The position numbers and the translations under genes were made by a program. Below the pieces are notes generated by a model. The model searched no databases. It had not been told where the DNA came from and worked only from the letters and a program-made list of their open reading frames with translations. 64,000 nt of DNA from Phoronis australis (Eukaryota; Animalia; Phoronida), in the NCBI GenBank assembly GCA_002633005.1, contig NMRA01000005.1:307173-371172 (forward strand), written 5' to 3'. Of this stretch, positions 1-12,135 are shown piece by piece. How positions within the stretch are numbered: the first letter of the stretch is position 1; each line of letters opens with the position of its first letter.

Positions 1-125
1 AGGCTGCCATAGACTGGAATCATGCAGTCAGTATGGACTGCAAAAATCTGCATGGCTGAAGATTTTATCTGTTTGTTTGGCAGTGGTTTAGTTTTCGACT
101 ACATGTTTTGTCGTCTCTCACACAG

Positions 126-324
126 GGTCACCAGGTTGGCCACCAGCAAGGGTTTCACCCAAGTCAGATTCCCCAGCAAGTGCAGCCATGTCCCCGCTTG
201 CAGAACAGCTTTCAGGGGGTGCAGTGTGGGGCCCAGGTGCAGCAAACCCGCCCTTCTGGCCAGGTGCGCAGCGTTTCCAATGCCCAACTCATCACAGGTC
301 AGCAACCTGCTGGCTCTGCATCAG
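126..324 (+). CDS. Internal coding exon, Gln/Gly/Pro-rich, resembling the PABPC (poly(A)-binding protein) linker; exon A of a putative PABP-PARP gene
   Basis: Acceptor ...ctctcacacag at 125 and donor gtaaga at 325. Translates GHQVGHQQGFHPSQIPQQVQPCPRLQNSFQGVQCGAQVQQTRPSGQVRSVSNAQLITGQQPAGSAS. Phase 0 in, phase 1 out. The motifs FxPxQ..PR.Q, RPSGQVR and NAxxITGQ recall invertebrate PABPC linkers. Confidence 0.65.
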
Positions 325-550
325 GTAAGAAAATTATCTGTGCGGTGATGCCAGATTCTGTTTATTTTGGCATTACCAGGCATTTCAGTAGCATCATATA
401 AACGCTCGTGTGTTTATTCGGAAAGGGGGAGGCGTATAAACGAAAAGTCTTAGCCTCGGCTGATATGAAACTATGAAAATATCAGCTATTTTTTGCAGAA
501 ATTTTTTTTTTATTTTAGGTTAATACATTGGTTCGCCCACACTTCATTCG

Positions 551-1857
551 TTTTTATGTGCCCACATATTTATATGTGGACGCATTATGCCGTCATCTCC
601 ATATGTCCGTCCATCGAGTGTCTGTCCGGCGTCCGTCCATCCGGCGTCCATTGCTCTATCTTCAAAACCCTTTGACATACGTTCATGAAATTTGGCACGT
701 ATGTTCTTTTCATAGATGGGACGGCATGAGCGAACATAGGGAGGGATATGACTACCGGTGTGCCCCCTAATGACAATTATAGTTTTTTAAATTTATCTCT
801 ATATCTTCAAAGGTCCTCAACATATTTTCATAAAATTTGGCATATAGGCAGCTATTAGTTAGATGACGCTATCGTTTCGTTTTCGGATGGATGTTTTCGA
901 GTCTGTTTTTTGGCGTCCACCCCTCTATCAGCCAAACTGAATGATTGTGAAAATTTGCATTTATGTTCTTACTACGAAGGTGACGATGATTTTCTGACGA
1001 CTTCTACTACTGTGGCGCCTCCTAGTGGCAGTTTTTTTTGCGCCCATGGCTGTATCTCCTAAACTGTTTGCAGGATCTTTGCTAAATTTAGCAAGTAAAG
1101 TGTATTTATATTATGTTCGCAATGGATGACACCAACTTTCAGACGGATCTGACTACCACTATGCCCCGTAGTGGCAATTTTAGTTTTTTAGGTTTACCTC
1201 TGTATCTTCAAAGGTCCTCAACAGATTTTCAGAAAATTTGGAATATAGGCATCTATTGGTGAGATGATGCTATCCTCTTGTTTTCGGATGGAATTGAGGT
1301 ACTTTGCGCCACCTAGTGGCCATTTTTCCTGTTTTCAAGTCTGTTTTTTTGGCATCCACCCCTCGATCAATCAAACCATTCTAAGGATGATTTTTAAAAT
1401 TGGCATGTATGTTGTCAGTGTGAACAGGGTGGTTGACTATAACGAATTCGATTACTTTGGCACCTCCTAGTGGGAGTTTTGTTTTGTTTTGGGCCCATAG
1501 CTACATCTCCTTAACACACTACATGATCTTTATCAATTTTTTTAAATTAATAATTGTATTTTTATCAAGCTAACAACAGATGACTTCTTTCAGGCCGATC
1601 CAATGAAGGCTGTGCCCCATAGTGGCAATTTTATTTTTTCCGTTTTCCTTCATTTCTCTGAAGTTCCTTGAGAGATTTTTATGAAATTTAGTAAATATGT
1701 TTCTATTAAAGAAGCGATGGCATATTCCCGTTCTCAGATGGATTGGATTTTTTGCGCCATCTAGTGGCTATTTTTATGAAATAAATAAACAACCCCAGAA
1801 GCACACCATTTGCGGTGCATTCGTGGGTGCATTTCAACACTCTGCGTTGTTCTTGTT
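551..1857 (+). mobile_element. Helentron-associated (DINE-1/HINE-like) non-autonomous element with internal tandem repeats
   Basis: Starts in a T-run with atgtgcccacat..atgtggacgcat inverted pair, followed by a CCGT/CGTC microsatellite and repeated degenerate units containing gcgccacctagtggc. Ends with sub-terminal inverted repeat gtgggtgcat and ...ttcttgtt. A second 5' copy lies at about 5214. Confidence 0.7.
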
Positions 1858-2710
1858 ATAAATGATAAATGTGCCACAAAACTTGGAATTTTTCGCTAAA
1901 AGTTCGCTCTAAGTGGGCTTTTCAAGAGGACATTTCTCGAATAACGTCTCCACTATCTGGACATAGACACCAGAAGTTGTAACACCAGGGGCATTTCTTC
2001 GACATAATTTTCCGAATGAACGTCATGGGTGTTTCATTGGAGGGGCTTATTTAGTACGGAAAATCCTGGTACCGGGAAATAGCTTTCTAGTGTGCATTAG
2101 TTATATTATTTGTTTTCAAGTTGTACCTTTTTATTTACTTCAACAAAGTAACTGAATTTTGTAAACCTACCTTGCAATTTTATTTTTATGTGACCTTTTG
2201 ACTTCGTGTATTACACTTAAAGATTATCAATGATTTCAATCTATTCATTTGTTGCATATTCAATATTTTCTCCTTAATTTTACTTGTCACTTAACAACTT
2301 CATATCGAAACTAGCAGAATTTTGTTAGTGAACTTATGATTCGTAAACAATTCACGTTTCGATGCCATAATCAAAGAAATAGGGCCTTGCTAATATCACA
2401 TAGCCAACTGGGTTAGGTCCAACTATGAGCAACTCACAGGTCAAACTATGTTCTAATGTATCATATGTGGGTCAGAATCACTGGTCATCTGATCGCTGGC
2501 ACGAGCCTAGTAAAAACCTCAAACATTCTCTTGCTGTTTTGGAGTATTTTGTGACAGTTTTTTAGATTGTTGTTTGGGAATCGGGGGTTTGTGCTTGGCA
2601 CTTTGTGAAAAAATGCGGTGAAATTGACAGCTTTCCTGTGAGATATTCATGATATGAAATGAAAGTCATGATGATCTGAAATAATAGAACATTCAGAATG
2701 TATTTTCCAA

Positions 2711-2866
2711 CATGCTATAAACAGTCCCACAAAATAAGATTGGTCCTAACCCCGCTTGTCAAGGTAAACGGTGGGGTTTGGAAAATTGAACTAGACCGTA
2801 TTTATCCACCTTGGCTGAGTCGCGCTCGGCTCACGATCAAAGGGATGCCGCCAAGCTGCTCTATTA
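2711..2866 (+). repeat. Dispersed repeat, about 155 bp (second copy about 14731-14886)
   Basis: Near-identical sequence catgctat..ggaaaattgaactagaccgtatttatccaccttggctgag..gggatgccgccaagctgctctatt at both sites. Confidence 0.8.
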
Positions 2867-2957
2867 ACTAAAAGATTTTGACTGTGAAATTATATTGCTG
2901 ATTTTGATGATGCTATTTATTTGTTACAGTAAGGTATCGCATAATATTCACTTGCAG

Positions 2958-3100
2958 TTCATGGTATACCAGCCAACCAGCCGGGTTGTCCAGTTGCCGC
3001 CATGCCAGGGGCACCGGGACCTCGTCCCTCGTATAGATATGTACCCAGTGTACGCAACCAGCCCCAACCACCGATGCAGGGAGTACCAGCTGGTCAGCAA
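2958..3100 (+). CDS. Internal coding exon B, PABPC linker-like (Pro/Gln-rich)
   Basis: cttgcag acceptor and gtaagt donor. Phase 1 in matches exon A, phase 0 out. Translates (V)HGIPANQPGCPVAAMPGAPGPRPSYRYVPSVRNQPQPPMQGVPAGQQ. The PRPxYxY..SVRN.P motif normally precedes the PABPC MLLE domain. Confidence 0.65.
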
Positions 3101-3368
3101 GTAAGTCTCTTTTCTCAGGGGCCACTGTAATTCCTGTACACGGCAAAAAAGCTGTCAAAATGACTTGAAATTCCCTTTCTTGATGACTGAATGGAACCCA
3201 AATTTGTCGGAGTAGTTTTTCCCTCATGACCGAAAATGAAAAGTAATTACAGAATCTGCCGTCATGACATGCATAAGTGGTATTTTGGGTGATTATTTTC
3301 GGTCTTGTACTCAAGGTGATGATTAGAATTATAGAGTTAGCAATGCTTTAACTGTGGAATAGAGAGGA

Positions 3369-3441
3369 GGCTGTGTAGCCTGGTGTGACAGGTGGAGGCT
3401 CCTTTCACTTTAAGTCGTGGGTTTGAGTCCCATTGCAGGGA
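3369..3441 (+). mobile_element. Possible tRNA-derived SINE head remnant
   Basis: A-box-like gtgtagcctggt and B-box-like ggtttgagtccc at SINE-like spacing. No cloverleaf 3' half is visible. Confidence 0.3.
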
Positions 3442-3610
3442 CATACCCAGGTTTCAAAACCCTAGTCACCAGCTGGGCGAGTGAGCCAGAAAATCTACTC
3501 GCCCAGCCCGAAGTTCAGTCGCCTGGCCGTTTGCGTCTGTCTCCACAAACTTGCTGCCAGTATCAATAAAAATCATCGTTTCTTGTGCTGATGTCACCAT
3601 CTATTAGGGC

Positions 3611-4500
3611 TACCGTCGGTATTCACCCTTATAAGCGCCCAGGGTGCTTAGAAAAATTCGTTTCGGAAAGGAGGCGCTTTGTTGTAGCCTAAGGCGGTTG
3701 AAATCCGGTCTCTGAAACGGGTGAAATCGGAAGCTAGGATTCATCAAATTTACGTGCTGTGACGTATCTATAACCTATAACAGACTTTTTACAAAACTGT
3801 GGTGCATTGCTATCAAACTTTGTTGTTAAATTACGTTTTTTTTTTAAAAAAAGTGTGCTCAAATCCCCACTTGCCGACTGATGCGTCGCTGCCTCGCGAT
3901 CGTCGATAGAGCAACTTGAATTCTTGAGTAAAAATACAGTTTCGACTCAACAAATTTCCTGAAATCCTCCTTAAGTTTTCCAAATGGCGTCCCTAAAATT
4001 TTTAGGTTCCTGTGGAGTCGGGAATAACTGCAGATTAAGTCCAAATCTGTGCTAGCTCGCACCCCGCAACACAAGAAAAATCTGGACGAACACACATGTT
4101 GTCACATGACGTTTGTTTTGAAGTTAGTCTACAAGTGTGTGCCGAGTGAGGGAGCGCGTGCGTGTCATCAGAGTTCATTTGCCAGAGTAGCAGTCCCATA
4201 TATATGTAGGCCCTAGCGCGCGCTTCTTGGCCACGTGCTCATTAACACTGGTCAAGTTTTGATTCGCGGTTTTTACGTGTACAAAGTAATCTGGATTCCT
4301 GTTGAGGGAGAAGATCTGTACAGGAAAGATACAATACAATAGAATCCCGTTGACAAGTACGCTGTGTCTGTTCTGAAAGGCCTGACCATAGCGGGACACG
4401 TTACTCGCAAGATCAGTAAAACTTTTGCGTTCTTTTTGAAGCACTGCGGAAGTTTGAAGTGTACAGCCACGGCTAAATACGCATGCCCTGAATAACACGC
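3611..4500 (+). mobile_element. Non-autonomous Tc1/mariner-pogo-type MITE, family B, partial copy
   Basis: Starts taccgt..attc..ataagcgcccaggg. Colinear with the complete TIR-bounded copy at 7965-9400, sharing e.g. gaaacgggtgaaatcggaagcta and gattcatcaaatttacg. Confidence 0.75.
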
Positions 4501-5213
4501 TTACACGAAAGTCACGCATTTCTAAAGATATGCGTGGATTTTCACCGCTCGTCCTTCTGAGCGGCTTTTACCAGGATCCAAAAGAGCGCGGTACCAGAGT
4601 CTGACTCAGTTGGGTTGATCGCATTGTGTGGTGCAAGCAAGACCCAATTAAGTGTAACTACCCGACCTTAAACTATAGTTAACATTTCTACCTGTACAAT
4701 ACTGGCGAATTTTCAAAATGCATTAACCAACAGTTTTCGTTATAAACAAATACAGCGGTATTCAGGTGGAAAAACAACCAAGTTTGGTTTTCAATTTTTA
4801 AAAATCGATGATGTATTAAACTAAAAACTACAAACATTGGGTACGATTGAAGATAAACGACTGTGGGTATTGATATACTCGGTGGATTTACAAATGCTGA
4901 TCAGAGTTAACAATATTACGTGGATTATTCTTTTAATATACAACTAAGCTACATTGAAACATCTATAAACAACACACAGTGACTAAATTAGATGTCAATA
5001 ACTTTTAAAACATCGCTTATGGCCCAGTGCATGCCGAACTACTTTACTCAAGGAGTAAGTACACTAACCGGAAAACTGATGCGCCAACTTCGATAGCTAG
5101 CTTGTAGTTGTAATGGAACACGTGTAAAGACAAGAAGACGGCTAGCTTTGTTGTCAACAAGAGAGTGCAAGCAGTGGATGAAGTTGTTTAGTGGGCAAGA
5201 ACTGTGATTTCAT

Positions 5214-5489
5214 TTCTATGCGCCCACATATTTATATGTGGACGCATTATGCCGTCATCTGCTTCCGTCCGTCCGTCCGGGCAGCATCCGTCTGGCGTCT
5301 GCTGCTCTATCTCCAAAACCGATTGACGTATGTTCTTGAAATTTTGCACATGTGTTCTTTTCATGGATGGGACGGCATGAGCGAACTTCCAGACGGATCC
5401 GAACTGGTGTGTCCCCTAGTGGCAATTTCAGTTTTTTACGTTTAACCTCTGTTTCTTCAAAGGTCCTCAACATATTTTCATAAGATTTG
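5214..5489 (+). mobile_element. Truncated 5' part of the Helentron-type element
   Basis: Matches 553-840 (atgcgcccacatatttatatgtggacgcattatgccgtcatc...cttcaaaggtcctcaacatattttcataa). Confidence 0.75.
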
Positions 5490-8400
5490 GTAAAAGAAAA
5501 GGAGGGAAGAAAACAGGCAAGGCAAAGTACAGAAGGATAGGGATTTTCCAAAGGGAACAAGTCCCCGTTGTGGAAAAAAGACCACGCGGCAAAGGATTGT
5601 CGTTTTAAAGAGACTGAATGTCGTTTCTGTCACAGGAAGGGTCATACAGAGGCTGTATGTCTAAGCAAAAGAAAGACTAGGGATAAAGTAAGCAGTACTT
5701 TAAGCAAGGCCAGAATAGAAAGTTAGTCACATTTCGGATTGAGATTCAATTCAGATTGTTGTTCACATATGCGGCAAAAAACAGACATTTGACGTAGATA
5801 CTGGATCACCGGCCAATTTCATTTCTGAGAAGGTTTGGTTTAAACATGGGAAACCTGTTTTATTTCCATCACACAGTCAGTATTTCGCGGCAAATGAAAA
5901 ATCATTACCAGTTTTGGGAAAATGCAACATTACAGTCCGATTCGCAACATACAGCAAACATTGAATTAGTTGTAAGCAAACACGATTTGAATATTTTTGG
6001 CTGAACGGCAGTTCGACAGTTAAAGATTGATGTCACTGCACTCTGTAGGAATTCCATTTTGCGTGATGACAACCAAAATGACAAAGTTGGTGTTGTTTGT
6101 CATGAGGACAAGAAAAGTGATGTAGAGTTTCAGCACGCGTGCAAAATCATCTGCGATGAATTTCCAGACCTATTCAAGCCTGGGATGTTTAAAAGGTTTC
6201 GAATTAGATATAAAATTCAAGCCTGATATGTCCAACCAATACTTTGCAAACCTCGCACAGTACTTTTTGCATCACTGGATGACTTGAATCAGGCATAAGA
6301 TGCTGGTATTAAGCGTGGAATTTGGGAACCTACACAATTCAACGAGTATGGAACACCAGTTGTCCCGATAAGAAAACCACAGCTTCCTGGCCAAAGTAAA
6401 TGGAGATTAAGAGTATGCGGAGATTATTCAGTAACGATAAATCCTCAGCTTGAAACTCATCGACATCCGCTATACCCCTGCCTGAAGATCTTATGTGAAA
6501 ATTAACTCGCTGGCAGATTTTATTTCACAAAAATTGATTTGGGGGATGCGTATAATCGGATTAAATTAACTTCGGAAATTCAGAGACGTCTGGCACTATC
6601 CACACATCGTGGAGTTCTTCTACAAAAGAGATTGCCATTTGGGATTAGTTCAGCCCCTGGTTATTTCCAGGATATCATGGACAAATTAACTAGCGATTTA
6701 AATGGCGTGGTTGTAATACTTAATTGGATGATATTTTAGCAAGCGGTCGCAACGTAAACATCTTCAAAATCTACGAAACGTACTCCAGCGTTTGCAAGAC
6801 AGTGGAATGAGATGTCGCTTGGAAAAATGCTCATTTGGTCAGCAAACTGTAGAATATACTTAGGTCACATGCATTCACGTGATGGTATTAAGAAAGGTAA
6901 CAAAGTGGACGCTATTTTGAAAATGCCAGCCCCATCAGATGTTTCTCATCTACGTTTGTTCCTTGGATCTGTTCAATTTTACGGAAAGTTTATTCCGAAC
7001 TTATTTACCTTGATTGCTCCTCTGAGTCATTTGACGCGCAAAGATGTGCCATGGAAATGAGGAGCTGAGGAGAATGCAGTTTTTCAGCGTTTAAAAGAAA
7101 TAATGTGTACAGATGCAGTTGTGGCTCATTTCGATCCTAAACAACAGTTGGGAATTTCATGTGATATGTACTTCTAATGTTGGAATTGGAGCCATTCTAT
7201 TTCATCGCTATCCTGATGGTAGCGAACATCCGATTGCCAACGTTTCAAAGACTCTCACGGACACTCAAAGGAGGTACAGTCAAATTCAACGTGAGGCTCT
7301 GGCAGTTGTTTTCGCACTAAAGAAATTTCACCAATTTCTTTTCGGAAGATGTTTCATTTTATAACTGTTCACTAACCTTTAGTTTCTATTTTCGAATCAA
7401 CTAAAGGAGTTCCAGCTATGGCTGCTAATCGACTAGCAAGATGGGCGTTACATCTTGGCCATTATGAATACACAATAGAGTATCGGAAAACATCTGATCA
7501 TTCTAATGGAGATGCACTGAGTCGCGTACCCTGCGGTAAGGATCTAAAATTCGACAGGGAGGAAGAACAAGCAGACGTGAATGTGGTCTGTTCTGTTAAG
7601 CAAAAAGTAAGTCTACAATTGAACCTTGTTAACTGTAAATTGCTTAATAAAGAACCTAGAAAGGATTCTGACATTTCTAAAGCAATGAGATATGCCATAT
7701 AGAAGGTTGGCCAGTTTCTATGGATTCCGAAGAATTGAAAGATACCTTGACCACGTACAGAAGATGGATGTCGGATAGTTATTCCAAAGAGATTACGAAA
7801 ACAGGTGTTGGATCTGCTTCATATTGGCCATTGCCGAATGCAGAGAATGAAGCAACTAGCACGGACAGTGGTTTATTGGCCACATATTAATGAAGATATT
7901 GAAGAAGTGGTACGTCATTGCACTGCTTGTACTGAACATGAACACAGATCACCGAAAGCAGCTACCGTATTCGCCGTAATAACCACCCAGGGCGATTAGA
8001 AAAGTTCGGTTCAGGGGGGCGCTTATTAGAACCCAAGGCGGTTGAAACCCGGTATCCGAAACGGGTGAAATCGGAAGCTAAGATTCATCAAATTTACGCT
8101 CTGTGACGTATCTGTAATCTATGAACTTTGAAAGACTTTCAACAAAACTGTGATGCATTGTTATCAAACTTTGCTGCTAAATTACGATCATTTTACAGAA
8201 AATTGTGCTGAAATCCCAGGGCGAAATTTCGCTGACTGACTACCTCGAAATCGCCATCTTCGATATGGCAACTTCAATGCTTGAATAAAAATAGTTTCGA
8301 CTCAAGCAAATTACCTGAAATCCTCATTAAGTTTTATAAGTAGCGTCCCTAAGATTTTTTTTAAGTTCCTGTGGAGTCTGGATTAACAGCAGGTTTAAGT

Positions 8401-10330
8401 ACAAATCTGGGCAACATTGTGCCATCTACATGTATGATCAGCAACACGGCGAGAAAAATGTCTGGGTGAACACACATGTTGTTGTCGCGTGGCGTTTGTT
8501 TTGAAGTTCGTCTGCAAGTAAGCGAGCGCGTGCGTGTCACCAGAGCTCATTTGCCAAAGCAGAGACCGTCTTTTGGCCAGAGCCACGGAATCTAACGAGC
8601 TAGATGTGCATTGTGTCTAAAGAAATTTGCACAAGCAGTAGGCCTAAACCAGAGCTTGTTTCATTCAGCACTTGCCGGTCTCGTGCTAAAAACGTTCGAC
8701 ATTTGTCTCGGTAAGGCCCATATTAGTCGCCGTGTAGCTGGATGCGTACGTAACTATCTGACAGTTATTTTTCGGTGTAAGGGTGTGTAAGCATTCACTG
8801 TCAGTTGTCATTTTATCAGATATTCGCCTTAAAAACACCAATTATTGTTAATCAACAATCCATCTCAAAAATAATGCAAACATGTTTTATAGTATTAGAA
8901 ATTGTCGGAAGTTAGTGCCAATATTTATTTCTTACCGATGCTATGCTACCCGTTTCAGTAAATGGATAGTTCCCGACTAATGTCTTTGATGACGGGTTCA
9001 CATTCATATGTAGCGCGCGCTTCCTGGCCACGTGCGTTTAACACCGAGTTATTTTTATTCATGCGACAGTCGATGTGACTACTGAAAGGTCAGACCATAC
9101 ACGGTCGTGGCGAGAGTAGCAACGCTGTTGCGTTCTTTTTGAAGCGTTGCATTACTTTGAAGTGTATAGCCACAGCTTAATACAAACGTAGCTGCTATGT
9201 GCCGCTGGTGGTCTAGAAGAGCCGTGCAAAATTTTTTTGATAAATTGAAAACGTTACTGTAGCCGAGTTTTAGGACTGTATAGGTACGTCATTGTTCGCA
9301 TGTACAAGGCGTTCACGGATGGGCGCTTATTTCAGGAAAGTCTGAAAACACGTGGGGGGGGCGCTTATAGGGGCATGGGCGGTTATTACGGCGAATACGG
9401 TACTCATCCATGGATGCTACCCAAAAAGCCATGTTGATGATGCCATAAACTTTCTTGGAACAAACTGGTTGCTCATGGTCGATATGTATTCTAAATGCCC
9501 ATGTATACAGCCAACATGTTCACTGTCAACAAAAACAACAACGGAATTGCTTGAAAGAGAGTTTGCGCATTTTGGTTATCCTCACACGTTAGTAACTGAT
9601 AATGCGGCAGCATTTCACTCTGAAGAATACCAGGTGCCGAGAACGTGGTATTGTACACTTTACAGGTGCCCCCTAACCACCCAGCTATACAAATAGAGCT
9701 GCAGAGCGTTTGGCACGGACTTTCAATCAATCTCTGCAGAAATCTTCTTTGTCGCCAAAAGCAGCGTTACAAGGGTTTTTATTGAATATCGTCGTACACC
9801 TCTAGATTCTGGTTATTCTCCAAGTGAACTCTAAATGGAAGACAAATTCGTTGTAAGCTAGTCAGCTTACGTCCTTCACCTGCTTATGTAACGCAAGGGA
9901 AGCAATCAAGAAATGCTGCGAAACCACAAATTGCTGAGTCCGATCAAACAGGTATGTGTCAAAAATTCATATATATACCATTGGAATGCCATGTAATGCC
10001 TTGTGCATTAGGCCTTGTCAAAGTGGGGACCCTCGCTGGGTACCTGCTGTTGTGACCCGAGTTATGGGTCCACGTTCTGTCAAAGTGAAAGTCATGCCAA
10101 GTGGTCCAATCTGGCATCGTCATATCGATCAGTTGAGATCAAGGTATTGTTCTGAAGAAGATACAGATCCTGGAGATACCACATTTTTGTCAATTGGAGA
10201 ATGCGATACAGATATTGACAGACTAGCAAGGAAAACAGAAGAGGATTCAACTACAGCAACAGAGATGCATACAAGAAAATTGGAAAAGCAGAAGCGCCCA
10301 TGACCCACAACTTCCAACGGGAAATGAACA
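5490..10330 (+). mobile_element. Degenerate Ty3/Gypsy LTR retrotransposon (Mag-like) gag-pol, frameshifted, no LTRs recognised
   Basis: Gag zinc knuckles PRCGK..HAAKDC..ECRFCHRKGHTEAVC (about 5560-5660); protease FDVDTGS (about 5790); RT LRVCGDYSVTINPQL, KIDLGDAY, LPFGISSAPGYFQ; RNase H SNVGIGAILFH..YSQIQREALAVVFALKKFHQFLFGR; integrase LHIGH..RMKQLARTVVYWP..CTAC and FAHFGYPHTLVTDN. Many stops and frameshifts. Confidence 0.93.
7965..9400 (+). mobile_element. Complete MITE (family B) with perfect 20-bp TIRs and TA target-site duplication, inserted in the Gypsy integrase
   Basis: TA|ccgtattcgccgtaataacc ... ggttattacggcgaatacgg|TA. Excision restores the integrase frame SPKAA-THPWMLPKKP. Confidence 0.9.
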
Positions 10331-10664
10331 TGGGCCACACAACTTGAGAAGGTCTGAGAGACTTAAAAAAAGAATTAGCTTTCGCTTGTTTTAATATCGG
10401 TGTGCCGGTGTATCTTTGGCAATTGTCACACAGAGTAGATTTTGACAAAAAGCATATCGTTGTGGTCAACTTAAGGTAATTTATAATTAATGTTCAAGAT
10501 TAATGACAAAAATGCAAAAGTTAAAACTCAAGTAATCATTGTTTAGTCTGTCTGAGGTTGAAGTAACCGTGCAAATGCTCTGGAGCATTCCACTCACCCA
10601 CGGCAGATGGCTTTTCAGGCTTGAAATCAAACATGAAGCTGAAACCTAAACCCCAATGAGCTAT

Positions 10665-10712
10665 ATGTGTGTGTGTGTGTGTGTGTGTGCGCGTGCGTGC
10701 GTGCGTGTGTGT
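10665..10712. repeat. (GT)n/(GTGC)n microsatellite
   Basis: Directly visible. Confidence 0.95.
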
Positions 10713-11179
10713 CATTGGTAAACACATTAGACACTACGGGGCCTTCGATAGTAAACTACCCCAACTAATGTGTATGCTGGAGTTCAGACCCTGAGCGGAA
10801 TGGTCTTTAGTGTAACCAGTTTCAAACATTAGCCTTGGTTGATCACCATTTACTGACAGTACGTGTAATCCTACGTACCTTAATTGTAATCACTGTAGAT
10901 AAGAAAAGTGCTAATTAAATATGAAGTTGTTGCAAGTGTTTGTACGGTAAGACCCGCCCAACAATTTTGGACAAAAATAATTACCCACGATTTTACATTT
11001 TGCAAAAACTCTCATGCTGCGTGACCACAATTTCTCAAAACAGATGGCAGATGCTTGTAGTACTTTTAGCTTATACTTGGTGTAACTTGAGCTTTGAAGG
11101 AGAATTAGGGAAACCAATCCACTTGTCCACCATGCTGCTTCCTAAATTTGTGAGATTTTGCCAAGGTGTACCTCATGCT

Positions 11180-12011
11180 TGTAGTATGAGATGCGGTCAC
11201 TTACTTAGAGACATGGTAGGTTGTTTCGGCAGACGTTTCAACCTGTCCGCCAGGTCTTTGTCGATGAATGAGGGATTTACCGCCTTTCGCTGGTTACATC
11301 ATTACATCACGGACTACCGAGAATATGTCGAAGAGGTTGAATAAGTTGAAGAAGATTTGCGAGCCAATGTATACCAGGAATGGATGTTCACAGACCCCCC
11401 TAGTCGTAAATCCACTGACTAACTCAATGGTCCCTCCGTTGCCATCTCGATACATAAGAGGAGTGTCTGAACCCCTACAACACACTTACAGAACGCTGCA
11501 TGGAATTTCTTCTTACATGAAACTTATTAACACCCTCCGTTTTCTACTAGTCAGACCCAAAAATCCAACCCCGATGGCTAAACAATTTGGGGTCATATGC
11601 CAGCTGAAGTGTGACCAGGATCCCAACCACACCTACATTGGAGAAACCAAGAAACCGTTCCTTACCAGATTCAAAGAACCTCAGAATTAAACTAGACAGA
11701 CCAACAGCAGTACGGGGGAACACATATTGGCGACTGGGCATTCTCTCTCTTGAGTCATCCAGGATCCTAGCCAAAGAACAAAATTGGTATACTCGCAAGC
11801 TCAAAGAGTCAATAAACATCAGCAGTCAGCGCGCCCTCCCTTGAACCGGAACTGTGGACTCCAGTAACCCCGTGTGTATTCCAGCATTCTTAACCAGCGA
11901 AAGGCGGGAAATCCCTCATTCATTGACAAAGACCTGGTGGACCAGGTCGAAACATCTGCAAACAACCTACCACGTCTCTTAAGTAAGTGACCAATTGCAT
12001 CTCATATTACA
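11180..12011 (+). mobile_element. Penelope-like retroelement 3' fragment (GIY-YIG endonuclease) flanked by inverted pseudo-LTRs
   Basis: ORF 11268-11690 contains YIRGVSE..NTLRFLLVRPK..GVICQLKC..YIGETKKPFLTRFKE, and a second frame gives WYTRKLKESINI. Segment 11180-11296 is the reverse complement of 11891-12011. Confidence 0.88.
11922..11957 (+). ncRNA. Degenerate minimal hammerhead ribozyme motif in the Penelope pseudo-LTR
   Basis: ttgacaa-a-GACCTG-gtggac-CAGGTC-GAAA-catc: stem II and GAAA are intact, the CUGANGA box is mutated. Confidence 0.5.
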
Positions 12012-12085
12012 ATGCCTCTAGAGACGAACCTATTCTCCAGTACCTTGTCGTAATTTTTTTCTGAGTTTTCATTTTCTGTTTTCAG

Positions 12086-12135
12086 GTGGAAGAGATGGCT
12101 GTTCGACGTGGTCACCACTCTAAGGAGCAGACCAA
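12086..12135 (+). CDS. Small coding exon C (VEEMAVRRGHHSKEQT) upstream of the PARP-domain exon
   Basis: Strong acceptor ttttctgttttcag and donor gtaaga. Phase 0 in matches exon B; phase 2 out matches the exon at 14013. It contains an ATG in good context that could be an independent start. Confidence 0.6.

Noticed and set aside
3369-3441. tRNA gene
   Set aside because: Only degenerate A/B boxes and no full cloverleaf; at most a SINE head.
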